64,000 bases of DNA from Eledone cirrhosa. Its lineage: Eukaryota. The DNA lies in contig OZ024742.1 of the NCBI GenBank assembly GCA_964016885.1, forward strand, positions 76,198,001 through 76,262,000. Reading direction: 5' to 3'. The notes under the pieces were generated by a model. The model did no database searches and was not told where the DNA came from. It saw only the letters and a program-made list of their open reading frames with translations. A program made the position numbers and the translations under genes. This document shows, one piece after another, positions 39,160 to 53,709 of this stretch. The stretch's first letter is position 1. Each line of letters starts with the position of its first letter.

Positions 39160-41650
39160 AGTCCAGAACAATCAAATCTATGTTTAATATATTTTGTTGC
39201 TGACAATCATTTCTTCCATACAGTTTTTGGAATCATCGGAGCATTGGCAAAGTTTAAACTCATTAATAAATTCCTATTCTACAGAACATTCATAAAGATA
39301 CGTGTGTACTATTGTTGCCATCAATAGTGTCATACTCAAAGTGAGTCAAGGTGTTGTGCTCAGCGACAAAGGGTATATTAAAGAGTATAATAGAAGGTAA
39401 CTCGCAAAGGAGGACATTAGTGGTACATAAGCATATAGGCAGTAAGAATGCAGGGGTACTAAGCATATACAGAATAATATGGCAAAAAATGCAGAGGTAT
39501 TAAGCATATACAGCATCATATAGCAAAGAAATCTAGAAATATACGTGTAATTGGATAAACATATTACGCACTCAGGAATGCATGGGTAGGATATAAGGTA
39601 AACATTGTGGAGCAACTTATGAAATATACATAAACAAAGTTTCGTTGATGGATGCGTTGAGACTGGATCAGATACATAATTAAATGAACAATCCAAACAG
39701 AAGTAAAGCTGTTGTGTAGTATTAAGATATGTATATGTACCAAGATAATTATAGTTAAACCAGTTTCTATGTGAGATTATGGTGGATGTGATGTGATAAT
39801 TGTTCTGGTAATGTTTAAATGTAGATGTTTTGTGAGTATAGATATTGAGGTTCCTATTTCCATTTTATTGGTTATATTTAAGAAATATTTTAAAATAATA
39901 TTGAAATAGAGACAATTATGGATTGTATATTGCCATTATTATAAAAGTGATTAAGGGTTAGAGTTGTTCTGAAGTGATCTCTTTTATACAGTCAGATATT
40001 AATTTTCCGAGCTGATGTGGTGATGCGTAATTGTTTAAATTCAAAGAAGTGATTGGAGATTTTCACTACAGGGAGCTAATGGGAAAAGGGAGGTAATTGA
40101 AGATTTATTTATGTATAACAGAAAAATATATATTCTAGTGTTAGTTGTTTATATATACTATTAATTAAATGTTATACATTATATTATATTATAAGTGAAT
40201 CTTTATATAATTGTTATATTTATTTTATAGAATCTGTTTTTATATAATATTTAAAGATCCCACTACTGACATATATATTAATTAGACGAATATAATATTA
40301 GTAAAGAAGATATTATAGTTATATTAAGTTGTGGTAAATGTATGTTTATTCTTTATAGTTATAATTGAGTACAGGATTTGAGATAAATAGGAGAAAAATG
40401 AAAGAGTGAGTTGATACAAAAATGTGATGATGTGGGGAGATTTTATGCTAATAAAACCTAAAGGTAAAGTGTTAACGGTGGTGAGGAATCTAGATCTGAC
40501 ATTGTTATATATTAGCGGCTAGGTTTTAAATAGTGGAAAGGTAGTAGTGTTGACACGTGGAAAACATTTCTGACTTTCTATTTAAAAGGTTTCGCTTAGA
40601 ATAAATTATAGTGCGAGATTCCAAAATATAGAGGTTACAGAATATATTCAGTGGTTTATAAGAAGTACTCTTATCTATTACTTGCTATTGTAGTGTATAT
40701 GGTATATTCCTAGTTTTCAAAGACTGTATGTAGGTAGATAAAGAAGTGGAGTTAGCTAGATTATGATTTTTGAAAATGTGAAGATGCGATTTATATCTCG
40801 TTTTAAAGCAGTTCGGGGTAGAACCAGTATATATTTTCGAAATGTTAATTGCAGTGATAGTACAGGATGTCTTTGATTAAGCAGTTTCTTTCTCAAGGGG
40901 CAAGTTCTATTTATTCTACAATTACAGTTATTTCGGTTATTTTCTTGATGGTTAAAAGGGTGTGTAGATACATGGTTGTTAGGAAGAGTATTAGGAATAT
41001 GATGATTATTATTCCTATTGTTAATAATATCATTAGTGCTATTACTATTGTTATTATTGTTACTAGAATTTTCCAGTACTAAGTTGATATGCAGGTTCTC
41101 TCTATGTTGAGATTTAATCACTTGTAAATATTTATTTATCTTCCTTTTATTACTACGAGCTATATGATTCGCAATGATACTTGTGGTAGCGTAAAATAGT
41201 CTAATAGTATTTTTATTGATAATATTATGGTATCCATGGCCGACTGGGAAGGTTTTTTCTAAAGTCGCGAAGAAAGCCTTAGGCAAAAAACCTATTTCTC
41301 CTATACTATTAAACAAAGCATTAATAAAGGCTATGAATAATAGTGACCTTACTAGACCCCAAGTTGATGTCATCCTTGCGGCCCGTAAAACCATCATTGA
41401 ATTTGAGGTTCAATTATGGACCCGATCATCTTTGACATAACTATGGGATCTAGTGACTCGGAGCAGATTTGGTTGGTTTGTATATCTTAAATGAAATTCA
41501 TAAGAATTTACCCTACCTCAATGGTGTCTTGCACCGCGACGATGCACTACTACTTATAGATTATAAAAAAAAACAATATAGAAAGAACTAGAAAACAATT
41601 GCATACACTATTTAAAAACTTTAACTTAAGTATTACGTTAACTTTCTTGA
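39160..41650. mobile_element. Hydra-clade-like PLE with inverted 5' RT segment
   Basis: Minus 40560-41315: FPVGHGYHNIINKNTIRLFY, CNCRINRTCPL, YIGST..FKTRY; plus 41315-41640: VILAARKTII..., FDITMGSSDS, HRDDAL RT-like motifs. Confidence 0.78.
39197..39244 (-). ncRNA. Hammerhead motif (U4C core), probably the tail of the 39.2-41.6-kb PLE
   Basis: Minus: GCT-CCGATGA-TTCCA-AAAACTGTA-TGGAA-GAAATGATTGTC-AGC. Confidence 0.7.
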
Positions 41651-41652
41651 TG

Positions 41653-41724
<72 letters not shown>

Positions 41725-41786
41725 TTATATGCACATATAAAAATGTACAGAGAGGGGGATAGAAAAAAAAAGAGAGAGAGAGAGAG

Positions 41787-41870
<84 letters not shown>

Positions 41871-42065
41871 TGTGTGCGTGCGACGGTGGGAGATATTTTA
41901 CTTGTAAATAATATGAAGACAATTATTTCATTTGGTACTTTATACGACGGAAGTAGATATGAATAGAAGATAAAATGCCCCGCAACCAAACTTTCGATAG
42001 TCAGATTGGAAGCCAATTTTATATTTGAGCATCTATTTAAACGTATCCGATTGCCACGCTAGACT

Positions 42066-42215
<150 letters not shown>

Positions 42216-42225
42216 TATATATATA

Positions 42226-43910
42226 CTAGTTGAGGTACCCAGATTCGCCAAGGTTAACAAATGATAAGAGAAGACCGGTATAAGAGAAAAGGTCTGTATT
42301 GAATGTATTGTCTTGTTTACAGTGTATGTGGTAGTGTGTGTGTGTGTGTGTATATATATGCGTGTTTGTGTGTATATATGTATATATGCGTGTGTGTGTG
42401 TGAATATGTATATAAGTGTGTGTGTACCTGTTTGAGTGTTCGTGTGTGTGCATGTGCGTGTGCGTGTGTGTGTGTGTGTGTGTAAACCACCGTTGGAATC
42501 GGAGACATAGGCCGCGAAACTCGATCATCACTGACAACGAACTCGCAGAGAGAATCCCTTATGGTTAATTCCCAGCCTGCTAAAAATAGCAGTCAGGTTG
42601 GTTAGCATACGTGGTATGTCTTTCTTTTTCTTTGGTGTTATAAAATTAGTATCAATAAACTTTCCTGGATATAATCTTATCCCAATCCTGTACATACTTT
42701 CCGATTGTCACTTTCCGTTTTTTTCGTGTGATACGCGAAGGAACCAACCAACAAACATCTCTCTTTTATATCTCTTTTATTTGTTCATTCAAAATATTTT
42801 TCAGCTAATTCTGTTGTACAATATACATCAGCAATCGTTATCTAATGTTTAAAACATATGAATAACTTCGATATATGCACCATATGAATCAAAAACGACA
42901 TGAAAATTGAATACCATACTAAAGCGCCAGTAAGCTTGCTAAGAACCTGCAGATAGAAATGTTAATAAATACAACATTTGGTTTGGGCAAACTTTAAGAT
43001 GTTCTTTCATTGCAGGTTTCTTTTCTGAGCCAGTACGTTAAGGAAAATTGATAGTTACAACAATAAAGTTTGAATAGAGAACACATTTTTTAACAAACTT
43101 TACAATAATTTGTAAAACCATAATGGACATTCCAAGTAACATAAGATACATAAATTATATTGTTAGAGCCTCAGAATATACAATATTTTTTGTTCGGCCC
43201 TCGGCAGCAAAGATGAAGAGAATGTTTGGCGAGCTCACCCTAGAGCATCCTACATACAATTGACCATGGTTTTCCCAGATGAACGTTAGCCACTTTTAGG
43301 ATTTGACCCTGAGCTTTGTTGATAGTAATCGCGAGGCTTAGTCTCTCTTTTGCTCTAGTACGATTTTTACTTCTGGAAAATCTGATGTTGCGTCCGGGCA
43401 GGGACTTTTTGGGTGGCATCTCGGCAGTAACAATGATGATAAGCCGTCTGTGGTTTCGGGAAATAAATACGTTTGATTATATTTTGTTTTTGTGTATGCA
43501 AAAATATCTGTATACGAATATATAATTATATATATATATTAAAACAACAGATTAAAGTTTAAGCAAAGAATCGCTGCTTTCACCTTTAACGGGATTTCTA
43601 AAACTAAAGAATCAATCTGTGAACGCAGAAGTAAATATTTTGAAAAACGTTGCAGCCGAAAGAAAACAGGAAGATGATACTTTGGTTCGTGAAGACGTTA
43701 GGAATGTCGTATAACCGGAAGTGTTGACATTTGAAAATGTTAAAGAGGTGAATATATAAATAATGTCTTTAATCATTTAACACATTTCAGTAGACAAAAA
43801 TACCTTCACTTTCTTACTTGGAAAAAGTTACATATATGGTGCAAATTCGGTGCCGTTTGGTCCAGCCGCTTGGCGGAAAGCTTGGCGGCCGTCAGATTTA
43901 TAGTATAAAT
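42226..43910 (-). mobile_element. Non-autonomous Helitron relic with a PIF1-helicase C-terminal remnant
   Basis: Minus 43163-43345: LAITINKAQGQILKVA..HGQLYVGCSRV...RTKNIVYSEAL*; 3' end has an imperfect hairpin and CTAG at 42226; family-B fragment nested at 43540-43692; the 5' boundary is approximate. Confidence 0.78.
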
Positions 43911-43959
43911 ATATATACATATATATATTTAATTACGTAATAAACAACACAATATCATT

Positions 43960-44032
43960 ATTCCATTACCCAAGGTTTCGCGTAGACAAGCGACCCCAAC
44001 AGAGGCGTCCGAATTCGTTCATCAGAAGGAAC
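43960..44032 (-). ncRNA. Hammerhead motif
   Basis: Minus: TTCCTT-CTGATGA-ACG...CGC-GAAACC-TTG-GGTA-ATGGAA. Confidence 0.68.
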
Positions 44033-44302
44033 ATTTAATATGGATGTAATGTAACATATGAAATTAAAATGAACATCTATTATACATGTAAGTGAGGCTG
44101 AAATAACATACAATAACGGCAAAAATCACTTTGAGTATGACACTATAGATGGCAACAATAGTATCAACGTATCTCTATGAATGTTTTGTAGAATAAGAAT
44201 TTATTTATGTGCTTAAACTTTGCTAATGCAGTTATATATATATATATATGGTTGTATTTTAAAAGGGTACGTCAAAGCTATTTGTAAAACTGTTATATAT
44301 TG

Positions 44303-44367
44303 TATTTTATCTGATGAAGGCATACCATAATTTAATGAGGTATCCCTGAAATATGTATAATGAAATA
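44303..44367 (+). ncRNA. Hammerhead motif (family A)
   Basis: TATTTTAT-CTGATGA-AGGCATACC...GGTATCCCT-GAAATATGTATA-ATGAAATA; homologous to 287-352 through to the TA tract. Confidence 0.72.
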
Positions 44368-44608
44368 AATATGGTTTTATAAATATAATTTCCATTTATT
44401 AATATCGTATATATATATATATATATAGAGACTCTTTTTGAAGAGAATTGTCCCTCTCACGTTTTCAATGTCAAACTAACGAACCAAAGAAAGAGAAAAA
44501 AAAAGAAAAACAGACCCTCAAATATATTGTCCATGCTATTTTAAACTTCACCTTTTCTCTATCTCTCTCCCTCACACACACACACACATTTACACACACA
44601 CACACACA

Positions 44609-44664
<56 letters not shown>

Positions 44665-44940
44665 TGTATATATATATATATTTTTTTTTTTTTTTATATA
44701 CCAAAATATAAATGTTAGGAGGAAAACTAAACAAAGTATACCTACTTTCTTCTTCAAAGTCCCGACAGAATTCTCGCCGATTGGTTTGAAGCTGTAATGT
44801 AAGAAAAGTGCACCAATGCTGTGAATCTCGCGACGTCTCAAGAGACGTTTTGAGTGAAAATATTATTTCGCTCCAAGTGAGAATTTCGCGGAAGGGAGAA
44901 TTTACCACGCGATATAGCGGTCACCGAAGTGAGGGGAAGG

Positions 44941-45015
<75 letters not shown>

Positions 45016-45096
45016 GATAAGCAGAACAAGTAAAATTCAATCAATTTTTCAAAATACATTAAAAAATATAATATAAATATTTACCTCTTCTAGTGG

Positions 45097-45175
45097 CCCT
45101 TACTGATCAGTTTCGCTTTGTAAAACCTCATAAATCCGATGGATTTATGATGGAAAACCAAAGCTCATCAGAGAA
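45097..45175 (-). ncRNA. Hammerhead motif with long well-paired stem II
   Basis: Minus: CTGATGA-GCTTTG...TCATAAATCC-ATC-GGATTTATGA...CAAAGC-GAAACTGATCAGTA; palindromic stem III, GUA site. Confidence 0.85.
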
Positions 45176-45228
45176 TCATAGACAACCTATGTATTTCTAG
45201 GGGTACCTAGTATCCCTGGACATATTAA

Positions 45229-45276
<48 letters not shown>

Positions 45277-45279
<3 letters not shown>

Positions 45280-46095
45280 TTAGTATATCTACCAACATAT
45301 GTATACAGATGCATACCTATGCTAGCAAATATATATGTTTTGTCTTAGTAACTTTGTGGTTCTATGCAAGGGGATGCAGAACAATTATATGAATGACGTA
45401 AATAAGAAAGTTATGAAAATTGACTTACTTACTAAAATTTCACTCCAACTAATTAGTTTCTGTAAGTGGATAAATATGGTTACGGAGCGTATCCACATGG
45501 AAACTTACGTCATCAGGGAGTCTATTCTCAGCTAAGCTTCCAGATTTTCATAACTTTCTTATTTACGTCTTTCATATAATTGTTCTGCATCCCCTTGCAT
45601 AGAACCACAAAGTTACTAAGACAAAACATATATATTTGCTAGCATAGTTATGCATCTGTATACATATGTTGGTAGATATACTAATTTTTATAATTATCTC
45701 CAAATTATTTGTTGAGCAAAACTTGCCGAAATTATACTATGATTAATGGTAGTGGCTAGGCCCTTGTCTTAACAGCACCCCACTCCTCACTAATTGATTT
45801 CAGTGTCACGTGATTGATTCTTTTGAATTTGCACTGACCAAGTAGGCAGTGAATTTTTCCATGTTTTGGAATTTAGTCCCCGCTCGCTTTTTTCCATCCA
45901 CTGAATTATTTTTATATAAGTTCCCAGTGTCCTCGCATTGCCTGGAAGCTTAGCTGAGAATAGACTCCCTGATGACGTAAGGTTTCTTTGTGGATACGCT
46001 CCGTAACCATATTTATCCACTTACAGAAGCTAATTAGTTGGAGTGAAATTTTAGTAAGTAAGTCAATTTTCATAACTTTCTTATTTACGTCTTTT
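45277..46095. mobile_element. Retrozyme-like ~522-nt non-coding unit plus an inverted partial copy
   Basis: Plus arm 45544-46095 begins and ends with ATTTTCATAACTTTCTTATTTACGTCTTT (period 522); minus arm 45277-45543 reads across that junction; (TA)n on both sides. Confidence 0.8.
45442..45521 (-). ncRNA. Type I hammerhead in the 522-nt unit (second copy + strand 45964-46044 has GAAG)
   Basis: Minus: ACTCC-CTGATGA-C-GTAAG...CTTAC-A-GAAACTAATTAGTT-GGAGT. Confidence 0.82.
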
Positions 46096-46124
46096 ATATA
46101 TATATATATATAAATATATATATA

Positions 46125-46225
<101 letters not shown>

Positions 46226-46665
46226 TTCAAGAGTAGCCAATTTTAAAGAGAGATATGGAGTTAATAGAGGAGATATGAGAGGAAAGATTGGTGAGTTAGT
46301 TAGAAGCCGAAGCATAAAGGCATGTGCTCAATCTGCAATATGCAGTAGAAAGCAGCTAGGAGGCTGGGTTCATGCAGAAGTTAGGTGCGCAGAGCTGGAA
46401 ATATTCATTAGTTAAGAAAAACAAGACCACAAACTTTACAAGGAAGACATTATTAAAAGATTGTCAACATATTTTAGTTTGATGTAAGGAATGTAGAGAA
46501 TAATAATAATGATATTAATAATAATAATGTCCGTTTACAATTGTTTCGCTACTCCATATGATATTTCTGGATCAGATGACTATATCTCATAATTGATCTG
46601 GTTCAGTTGAAAATAATTAACATATTTAAAAAACTTTCACAAAAGTCATACTTGATCAGATATAT

Positions 46666-47482
46666 TTTCTTACTCGCTCATATATTCACCCAGCTTATAC
46701 TGATAGAATAACTATGTAGCTTGTGTCTCTTCCTATCTTCGGTTAGCTTTCCTCCGTGTTGTTTACTTAACTCACTCGCTTTACGCGTTTTAATTGTCCT
46801 AATAACTTATTTTAGTTATTATTGCACCAACGTGAGGTATATGATTTTTAATGCAATGAAATACCTATGACCGTTTGCAAATCACTGATGAGGGACTCAT
46901 TTTATAACATGTTAACCATGTGCAACCATGCAGTATTCTTCTCCCCATATTTTTCACATATATTTACCGAAACTGTGATTCTGTTTTTCTCTCTCTCTCT
47001 CTTACTGCTACCTCGTTCTCTCTGTTTATCTTACTTTCTTTCGTCCCCTCTGTCATGTCAGTTAACACTTTCTCCTACTGACCTCTTCCTCGCACTTCCA
47101 CTCACTCACTCACTGTTTCTCCCCTTCTCACTTCCCCCGTTCGCGACAAAAACGATTTTCCTTCTTTCTTACATCGGATTCATCTCGAAAGGTCTATTTC
47201 TTACTCGCTCATATATTCACCCAGCTTATACTGATAGAATAACTATGTAGCTTGTATCTCTTCCTATCTTCGGTTAGCTTTCCTCTGTGTTGTTTACCTG
47301 TCTCACTCACTTTACGCGTGTTAATTGTCCTAATAACTTATTTTAGTTATTATTGCACCAACGTGAGGTATATGATTTTTAATGTACTGAAATACCTATG
47401 ACCGTTGGCAAATCACTGATGAGGGACTCATTTTATAACATGTTATCCATGTGCAACCATGCAGTATTCTTCTCCCCATATG

Positions 47483-47487
<5 letters not shown>
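46666..47487 (+). mobile_element. ~531-nt non-coding tandem unit (1.5 copies); relatives at 50760-51170 and 60470-61040 on minus
   Basis: 46666-46955 repeats at 47197-47487; conserved ATCACTGATGA.GGACT; possible long-stem-II HHR at 46880-46980. Confidence 0.72.
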
Positions 47488-47539
<52 letters not shown>

Positions 47540-47541
<2 letters not shown>

Positions 47542-48243
47542 CGAAATATAAGTCAATTGCTTGAACACATAATCCTTTACTTACTGCTATATATATTTAG
47601 ATGATAGCCATTGAATGGCTGTGACCTCATCAGGCAGTTAGTCAGGTATTAGATACGCCAGCTCTGTGTGTATAGTGTTGATGGTAACAGAGCCTTGGGA
47701 CATATGAGCTTGTTAGGAATACTTTGATGCTGTCAGCAGGAATAGTCTTGATTCTCATTGGTCAGTTTGTAGATGGTAGTAGGTTGGTATTTGACCTCAA
47801 AGAGGCAGGTGGTTCTGTAAGGTTCAAACCATCAGGCAAGATGACCATAGTTCCACATGACTGATTTTAATAAAAGGCATTCTTGGTCAGATATATTTTC
47901 AAGTAAGGTTAATAGTATGAAAGAGATACTACAGGTCATTCTTAAATTGAGGAATTTATGTGGAGTGGTGCTACTGAAAATTATGGTTGGAGTAGAAATT
48001 TTACAAATAAAAAGGCTTATGTAGGTTGGCTTGCACTACACTCACACCCACCTCCACAGACACACAAACACACATCCACACATACAAAAGGTGGGGTGGT
48101 AATACTTAATATAATGGTTAGAGTCCAATACTTAGATATTTTAGAAAATTTAGAAATAAAAGGTTTATGCAGGTTCACTTGTACATACACTCACACCTAC
48201 CCCATCAAACACTCACACATCTACACACGCAAATCCATGCCGG

Positions 48244-48291
<48 letters not shown>

Positions 48292-48476
48292 TGTATGCAT
48301 GTACGCAGAAGTATACATATATATATATACACAGAACATACATATATATATATATAAAATACACACACACATACACACATACACACATATATATATAAAA
48401 TATATACATACAGATACGCACACATATATAACATACGCATCCATACACATATAAAATACACATATATATACACATG

Positions 48477-48513
<37 letters not shown>

Positions 48514-50055
48514 AAATCAGGTTCAATAAAACATTGTTTAGATGACTCCCAACCAGTAAAGGATCCGGTGAACCATCCACCATAGGTACCGCAAACCATG
48601 GGTGGTTGTTGTTGTCATTGGTACGGGGTGTAGGGGACATACCGAGGGGGGAGGCTTGTGGGAGGCTGTAACCGGGGTTTATCCATATAGCTTGAGGAAA
48701 GTTCCCGACCTTAGGTGTCTGCCGGTACCGAATAAGTCGGCCCTTCTGTTTAATAGCTTGGTTCTGCCATGAAGAATCACGAGTGTCTCACTAAGACAGA
48801 GGTTGCAAATACCAGACCCGCCCCTGTCTGGGGAACCTTTCTAACCACGGACCAGACCAGAGAGTGCGGGGTCTCTTCAAGTTTGAGCTTCCAGATCAAT
48901 TCCGAAAGGGCCGTACATCTCCTCTTATCTATTCTGTTAAAGGAATGGCGATGGTTATACCACCGAGCTTTGAAGCTCGTCGCTGTGGATCCTATGTAGT
49001 GGGTTGTGACCTTGCACCTGTAGACCACATTTTTGGTCATGCATTCATTACTAAGGGGGAATAGCGTTGGGTCTCTGCAATTACATGACTTCTTAAGCCC
49101 CACCACATGTACCCCGTGGTTAGCATTACTCGGGGTTGGCTGGGTAGCCTCCGCAATCAGCACAGGGTAGTTGGGTTCCGGTATGCTAGTTGGGCCTGTC
49201 CTGGTTCCGATGCGTCCCAGCGTGCTGGTTCTGTTGGGTGGCTCCGGGATTTACGGTGGTATTAGAGGCAGTGAGCCTATTCATATTTATGCCAGCTATG
49301 TACTGGGCTACGCAGCGTGTGGTTCAGTAGGAAAGTTTCACCGTGTGCCTGTTGAATATTTTATGGTTCTTATGGGCCCTGGGGAAACATATATCCAGTA
49401 CTCTAAAGAATGTTCTAGCCAGGCTGGTACGTAGACCCACCGAGTACGGAGGGTTATACCATGTGCACTTCCTGGTCCTATTCTTGCGGGGTTGTTGGGT
49501 GTCCGCCGTGGGCCATCGCGTGGTTGTGCACAGCTCAGGTCGAGCTCGGTTCGTGTCACCTGGGTGTGCGGAGCGGTCGCTATCATGAGGCTTATATAGG
49601 CCCACCGTGGGGCTATAAACCTGCGAGGTGCAGCCTCCCTGCTCAATTAGGGTTCGGCGGGTGGTGGGGCCGTTGCAGGGGTGCCTATGGTCCGCAGCAC
49701 AGTGGTCTTCAGCGTTGTAGTTATTAGACCGGTGGCATATGCGGGACCTTCTACCGGGTATGGTGACGGATAGGGGTCTGGGAGTGTTACTACTGGTCAC
49801 CGAGGTATTAGGTGGGCGACTCATACCCCTGAGGGTATTGGTCCGGGGTACCCTTGTATCATCTCGATCATGTCCCTAGGGTTATAGCTGATCCTATCGC
49901 TGTGGGACGCCTTAACTAGAGCTGAGTTATAGTAATCAGCGTTACTATTGAAGATCTCTTTATTGGCCGACAAGTTAGAGTTCCTATCACAGACACTCTT
50001 AACTACGGCCTTAACTATAGATCTAGCGTGATTAGACTCAGCGTGGAGATACACC
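47540..50055 (-). mobile_element. 5'-truncated, decayed Hydra-clade-like PLE (thumb, linker, GIY-YIG, tail)
   Basis: YLHAESNH..SIVK...LSANKEIF, TWYNPPYS, KIFNRHTVKLSY, CNCRDP..PL..ECMTKNVVY..YIGSTATSFKARWYNH, CNLCLSE; stops and frameshifts. Confidence 0.88.
47584..47637 (-). ncRNA. Decayed hammerhead (GAAA to TAAA); intact relative at 61180-61232
   Basis: Minus: CTGC-CTGATGA-GGTCACAGCC...TAAA-TATATATA-GCAG. Confidence 0.55.
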
Positions 50056-50057
50056 AG

Positions 50058-50582
50058 TAATAATTATAAATTTGAAGACTAAAATCCAAAGAGGACTCGA
50101 TAAGGATAAATATGTATCAAATATATAAGAACCGTAGAACAAATATTTATTAAAATAACAGATTAAAGTTTAAGCAAAGAATCACTGCTTTCACCGTTAA
50201 CGGGATCTCCTGAAACTAACAAAGTCAATATGTGAACGCAGAAGTGAATATTTCAAAGAACGTTACAACCGGAGGAAGACAGGATGACGATACTTTGGTT
50301 CGTGGAAACTTTCCCTGGCAAAGAACGGGAAAAAACGAATATAATGCGTCATTATTTGGAGCGGTGATAAACAGTTACACGCAAAGACGTATTATATTCG
50401 TTTTTCCTGTTCTTTGTCAGGGAAGGTTTCCAAGAACGAAAGTATCGTCTTCCTGTCTTCCTCCGGTTGCAACGTTTTTTGAAATATTCACTTCTGCGTA
50501 CACAGATTGACTTTGTTATCTCAGAAGATCCCGTTAGGGGTGAAAGCATCGATTCTTTGCTTAAACTTTAATCTTTTATTTT

Positions 50583-50585
<3 letters not shown>
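50058..50585. mobile_element. Family-B inverted-repeat insertion with hammerhead variants in both arms
   Basis: ~50147-50345 is the reverse complement of ~50395-50585; homologous to 425-790. Confidence 0.8.
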
Positions 50586-50644
<59 letters not shown>

Positions 50645-50685
50645 AGGTATATATTGAGTGGGAAACACAAAATAGCCTCTTTATA

Positions 50686-50759
<74 letters not shown>

Positions 50760-51673
50760 AGAAAAATGGAGTGCTGCGAGGTTGCACATGGGTTACATAT
50801 GAATAAAATTAGTCCTTCATCAGTGATCTTCCAACCTTCATTCGTATTTCATCGCTTTAAAAATTCATATAACCCTGGTTGGTGCGAGCAATAACTAAAT
50901 ACAGTTATTGGGACAATTAACATAGGGTGAAGCGAGCGAGACATGTAAACAAACAAACATGGTATTACAACGGAAAGATAGGAAGAGACAAGTACATGAT
51001 ATCTATAAGCTTAAGCTTGGTGAAATCATGGACGAGAGATACAGACCATCCGACACGGTTCAGATGTGAGCGAGAAAAGGATTTCACACAGGTCAAACGT
51101 GAGGAAGTGAGAGCTGGGGAGACGCAGAGAGTGAGTGAGTGGAAGAGTGAGGAAGAGGCCAGCTGAGAAATACATACATTATATACACACACTCACGTAC
51201 ACAAACGCTCAAACGCACGGATACTCATGCACGCACGTGTGCACGTACACACACATGTTAATAGATTTAACTCTTACTGGAACGCTGCACGAACACACAT
51301 ACACACACTCGCGCACGCACACACACACGCACACATGTTAATTAGTTATAGCTATCCTGCCCCATTTCCACTGTCATGTATCAAACGCAACGTCTGTCGC
51401 TCTCTCTCTCTCTCTCCCGCTATCCCCCTCTTTTAGTCTTTCTGTTTCTTTCACTCTCACTCTTTCTTTTTCATTTTTATAGATATAGACATTTTTTCTC
51501 TGGTAAGTCGTACCTATAGTCAGTTTTATCGATTTTTTTTACCTGGACAAATGGGGAGTGTAGCATTCGCAATGTTCTGACGACCTGCCCTGATAAATTT
51601 GTGGTTGATTACAAAAACAATTTTTAAAATCGGCCTTGCGGATCAAGAGTTGCTGCGGAACACACACACACAC

Positions 51674-51766
<93 letters not shown>

Positions 51767-51811
51767 TTGCGAGGTTTTTTATATGAAATCGTGTGTCGAA
51801 ACAGATATTGT

Positions 51812-52924
<1,113 letters not shown>

Positions 52925-53012
52925 GTGTATATATATATAATACAAATAGAGAAAACAATAAAATTAAACAAAATACTGGTAATTCATATTAAAACTCATT
53001 ATTCTACGATCG

Positions 53013-53200
53013 TGGTGGATTGGCAGTACAGGTAGAGGGTTGGACGCCATGCTTTGACGCATAGAGTTACGGCCCTTGCCATTCTGAGTTCAAATCCCGC
53101 CGAGGTTGACTTTGCCTTTCATCCTTACGGGGTCGATAAAATAAAGTACCAGTAATGCACTGGGTAATTGCTAACCTTGTGCCTAAAGTAGAAACAATTA
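53013..53200 (+). mobile_element. tRNA-derived SINE with TSD
   Basis: B-box GAGTTCAAATCC; TSD ATTATTYTACGATCGT. Confidence 0.9.
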
Positions 53201-53709
53201 TTTTACGATCGTTTGTGGAGGGTAGTTCTGGGACCCTACCATTAATTGGTGGAGGTATCTGTGTCTATATTTACATATATATATATGTGTCTGTGTGTGT
53301 ATAACGTGACTGTCATCAGAGCAAACAAATTACATGTAAAAAGTAGCAATCTGAGCCACTTTTCCCGTATAAAACAGAAATAATTTTCGAATTTAAAGTT
53401 GCCAGACACACCACAACGGAACCATAAACAATCCATCTTCATTTTACTTTTGAAAAATAATTGTGTGTTTGTGTGTGTGTGTGTGGGTGTGTGTGTGTGT
53501 GTATGTGTGTGTGTGTGTGTGTGTGTGCGTGTTCGTGTGTGTGTGTGTGCATGGGTGTGTGTATGGGTGTGTGTTTGTGCGTTTATGTATATATGTTCTC
53601 TTTCTCTTGATTTGAAGTTTATTGTTGTTGAACGGTCACTTTCCCGGCGACAATGGTTTAATAAATAAAAGTGACATCCTCTTTTGTGAAAGCGACCCAT
53701 ACTTTGAAT

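Noticed and set aside
49324-49326. TGA after KLSY as possible selenocysteine
   Set aside because: The same ORF has a downstream TAG and frameshifts, so the copy is simply decayed
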